Assembly (NCBI GenBank): GCA_963798085.1
Contig: CAWCRS010000009.1
Span: 1 to 64,000, forward strand
DNA from: an uncultured Gemmatimonadales bacterium
Lineage (GTDB): Bacteria; Gemmatimonadota; Gemmatimonadetes; Longimicrobiales; RSA9
Direction: 5' to 3'
DNA: 64,000 nucleotides
A program made the translations under genes and the position numbers. A model generated the notes under the pieces. That model did not search any database. It had not been told where the DNA came from and saw nothing but the letters and a program-made list of their open reading frames with translations. Below are positions 63,214 to 64,000 of the stretch, in pieces (positions within the stretch are counted from its first letter, which is position 1; the number at the start of each line of letters is the position of its first letter).

Positions 63214-63250
63214 TGCTCCGGCTGAGTATAAATAGGCTCAACCGGAGTAT
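63214..63250 (-). promoter_or_regulatory. Palindromic operator region upstream of PadR
   Basis: CTCCGGCTGAG-N10-CTCAACCGGAG (63216-63247); on the minus strand this is two ATACTC-N5-GAG boxes around an AT-rich TATTTATACT. Confidence 0.65.
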
Positions 63251-63501
63251 GCGGCAACCGGGGAGGGACGGAACGATACGCGGCCGAGGCTGATGCGTCG
63301 CCTGCGGTGTTCATCACACGGGGCCACGGGGCCAGCGGAAGATGCACAACGGGAGCAGGTGCGGCGGGTGAGCATGGGTCCGGTGAGGTGGCTGGATCGC
63401 GCAGGCGCGTGGACCGCCACCGCCGCCGCGCGGATGGTCGATGATGAATGCCGCGGAACGGGCCGCGCGCGTCCTTGCGACCCGTTCCCGTGCGGTGCTG
63501 C

Positions 63502-64000
63502 TCAGCGCCGATTGCGATCCAGTGCGTCGTCGATGCGCTGCATGACATCGCGCAGGTGTGCCTGCGCGACGCGGTCGCTGGTGCGGCCAACAGCCTGTTC
63601 GGCGCGCGCGCGCAGGTCGACGAGCTGGGCGCGGGCCAGCGCGACCAGGTCCGTGCCATTCAGATCCGGCGGGCGGAAGGCGGCCGGGATCTGCGCGATG
63701 TTGGCGGGCGGCGGTGGCGGATTCACGATGGCCGCGAGGCGTGCGATATGCGCGCGCTGCAGTGCGCGCCGATAGGCATCACGCGCAGTGACCGCGGGGT
63801 CGTGCCACACGGCGACGCGCACGTCGTCGAAGAATTCCGCGAGCGGGTAGGCCTCGGGGCCGCCCGTCACTTCGTTCTCCTGCAGGCGTGCGAGACGACC
63901 GGAGGACAGCACCGAATTGAGCACGCCAGCCTGTCTGCGTGTCATTTCCTGATAGCCATCGCTGCCGATGCGCGGAAGGATGTTGCCATCGAGCAGCCAC
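63502..64000 (-). CDS. C-terminal part of a probable zinc-dependent metalloprotease (DUF4953-type)
   Basis: RLARLQENE...YPLAEFFDDVRVAVW...DAYRRALQRAHI...ARAQL...AHLRDVMQRIDDAL; catalytic motif is outside the window. Confidence 0.65.
   Translation of the reverse strand, partial: WLLDGNILPRIGSDGYQEMTRRQAGVLNSVLSSGRLARLQENEVTGGPEAYPLAEFFDDVRVAVWHDPAVTARDAYRRALQRAHIARLAAIVNPPPPPANIAQIPAAFRPPDLNGTDLVALARAQLVDLRARAEQAVGRTSDRVAQAHLRDVMQRIDDALDRNRR

Noticed and set aside
1..64000. tRNA, rRNA, riboswitch, integrase, transposase, phage or defence genes
   Set aside because: None recognised by eye; a covariance-model scan would be needed to exclude small RNAs.

Overview
High-GC (about 70% by eye) bacterial DNA. 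The gene repertoire (PadR/MacB-like duplicated permease pairs, choice-of-anchor B proteins, BlaI/M56, 6-bladed propeller lipoproteins, VPS10/BNR protein) suggests Gemmatimonadota; this is inference. The window holds about 46 CDS, mostly envelope, secreted and transport genes. These include three orphan ABC permeases (two with PadR), two tandem choice-of-anchor B proteins followed by YncE-like and FG-GAP/VCBS propellers, TetR-TolC-MFP-RND efflux, a 4CL-like ligase, two MFS transporters, an M20 peptidase, a Tat Rieske protein with a 4-His membrane partner, a TyrA-chorismate mutase fusion, a BlaI-M56 operon, D-aminoacylase/nitrilase/D-cysteine desulfhydrase, an OmpA lipoprotein and msrPQ. Many genes carry indels that look like long-read errors, so they are not called pseudogenes. 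No rRNA, tRNA, CRISPR or transposase was seen. Most interesting signals: (1) a candidate small ORF with two CxxC motifs ending in RAPP-stop, 25 nt before the choice-of-anchor B/propeller cluster, possibly a metal-responsive ribosome-arrest leader; (2) three intergenic elements sharing 22-25 bp inverted ends but with unrelated interiors; (3) a roughly 390 bp palindromic repeat array; (4) a Rieske plus putative di-heme membrane protein pair; (5) matching sigma54/IHF-like promoters before two coiled-coil lipoproteins; (6) distinct operators for each PadR and for BlaI. All calls come from reading motifs by eye; no searches were run.
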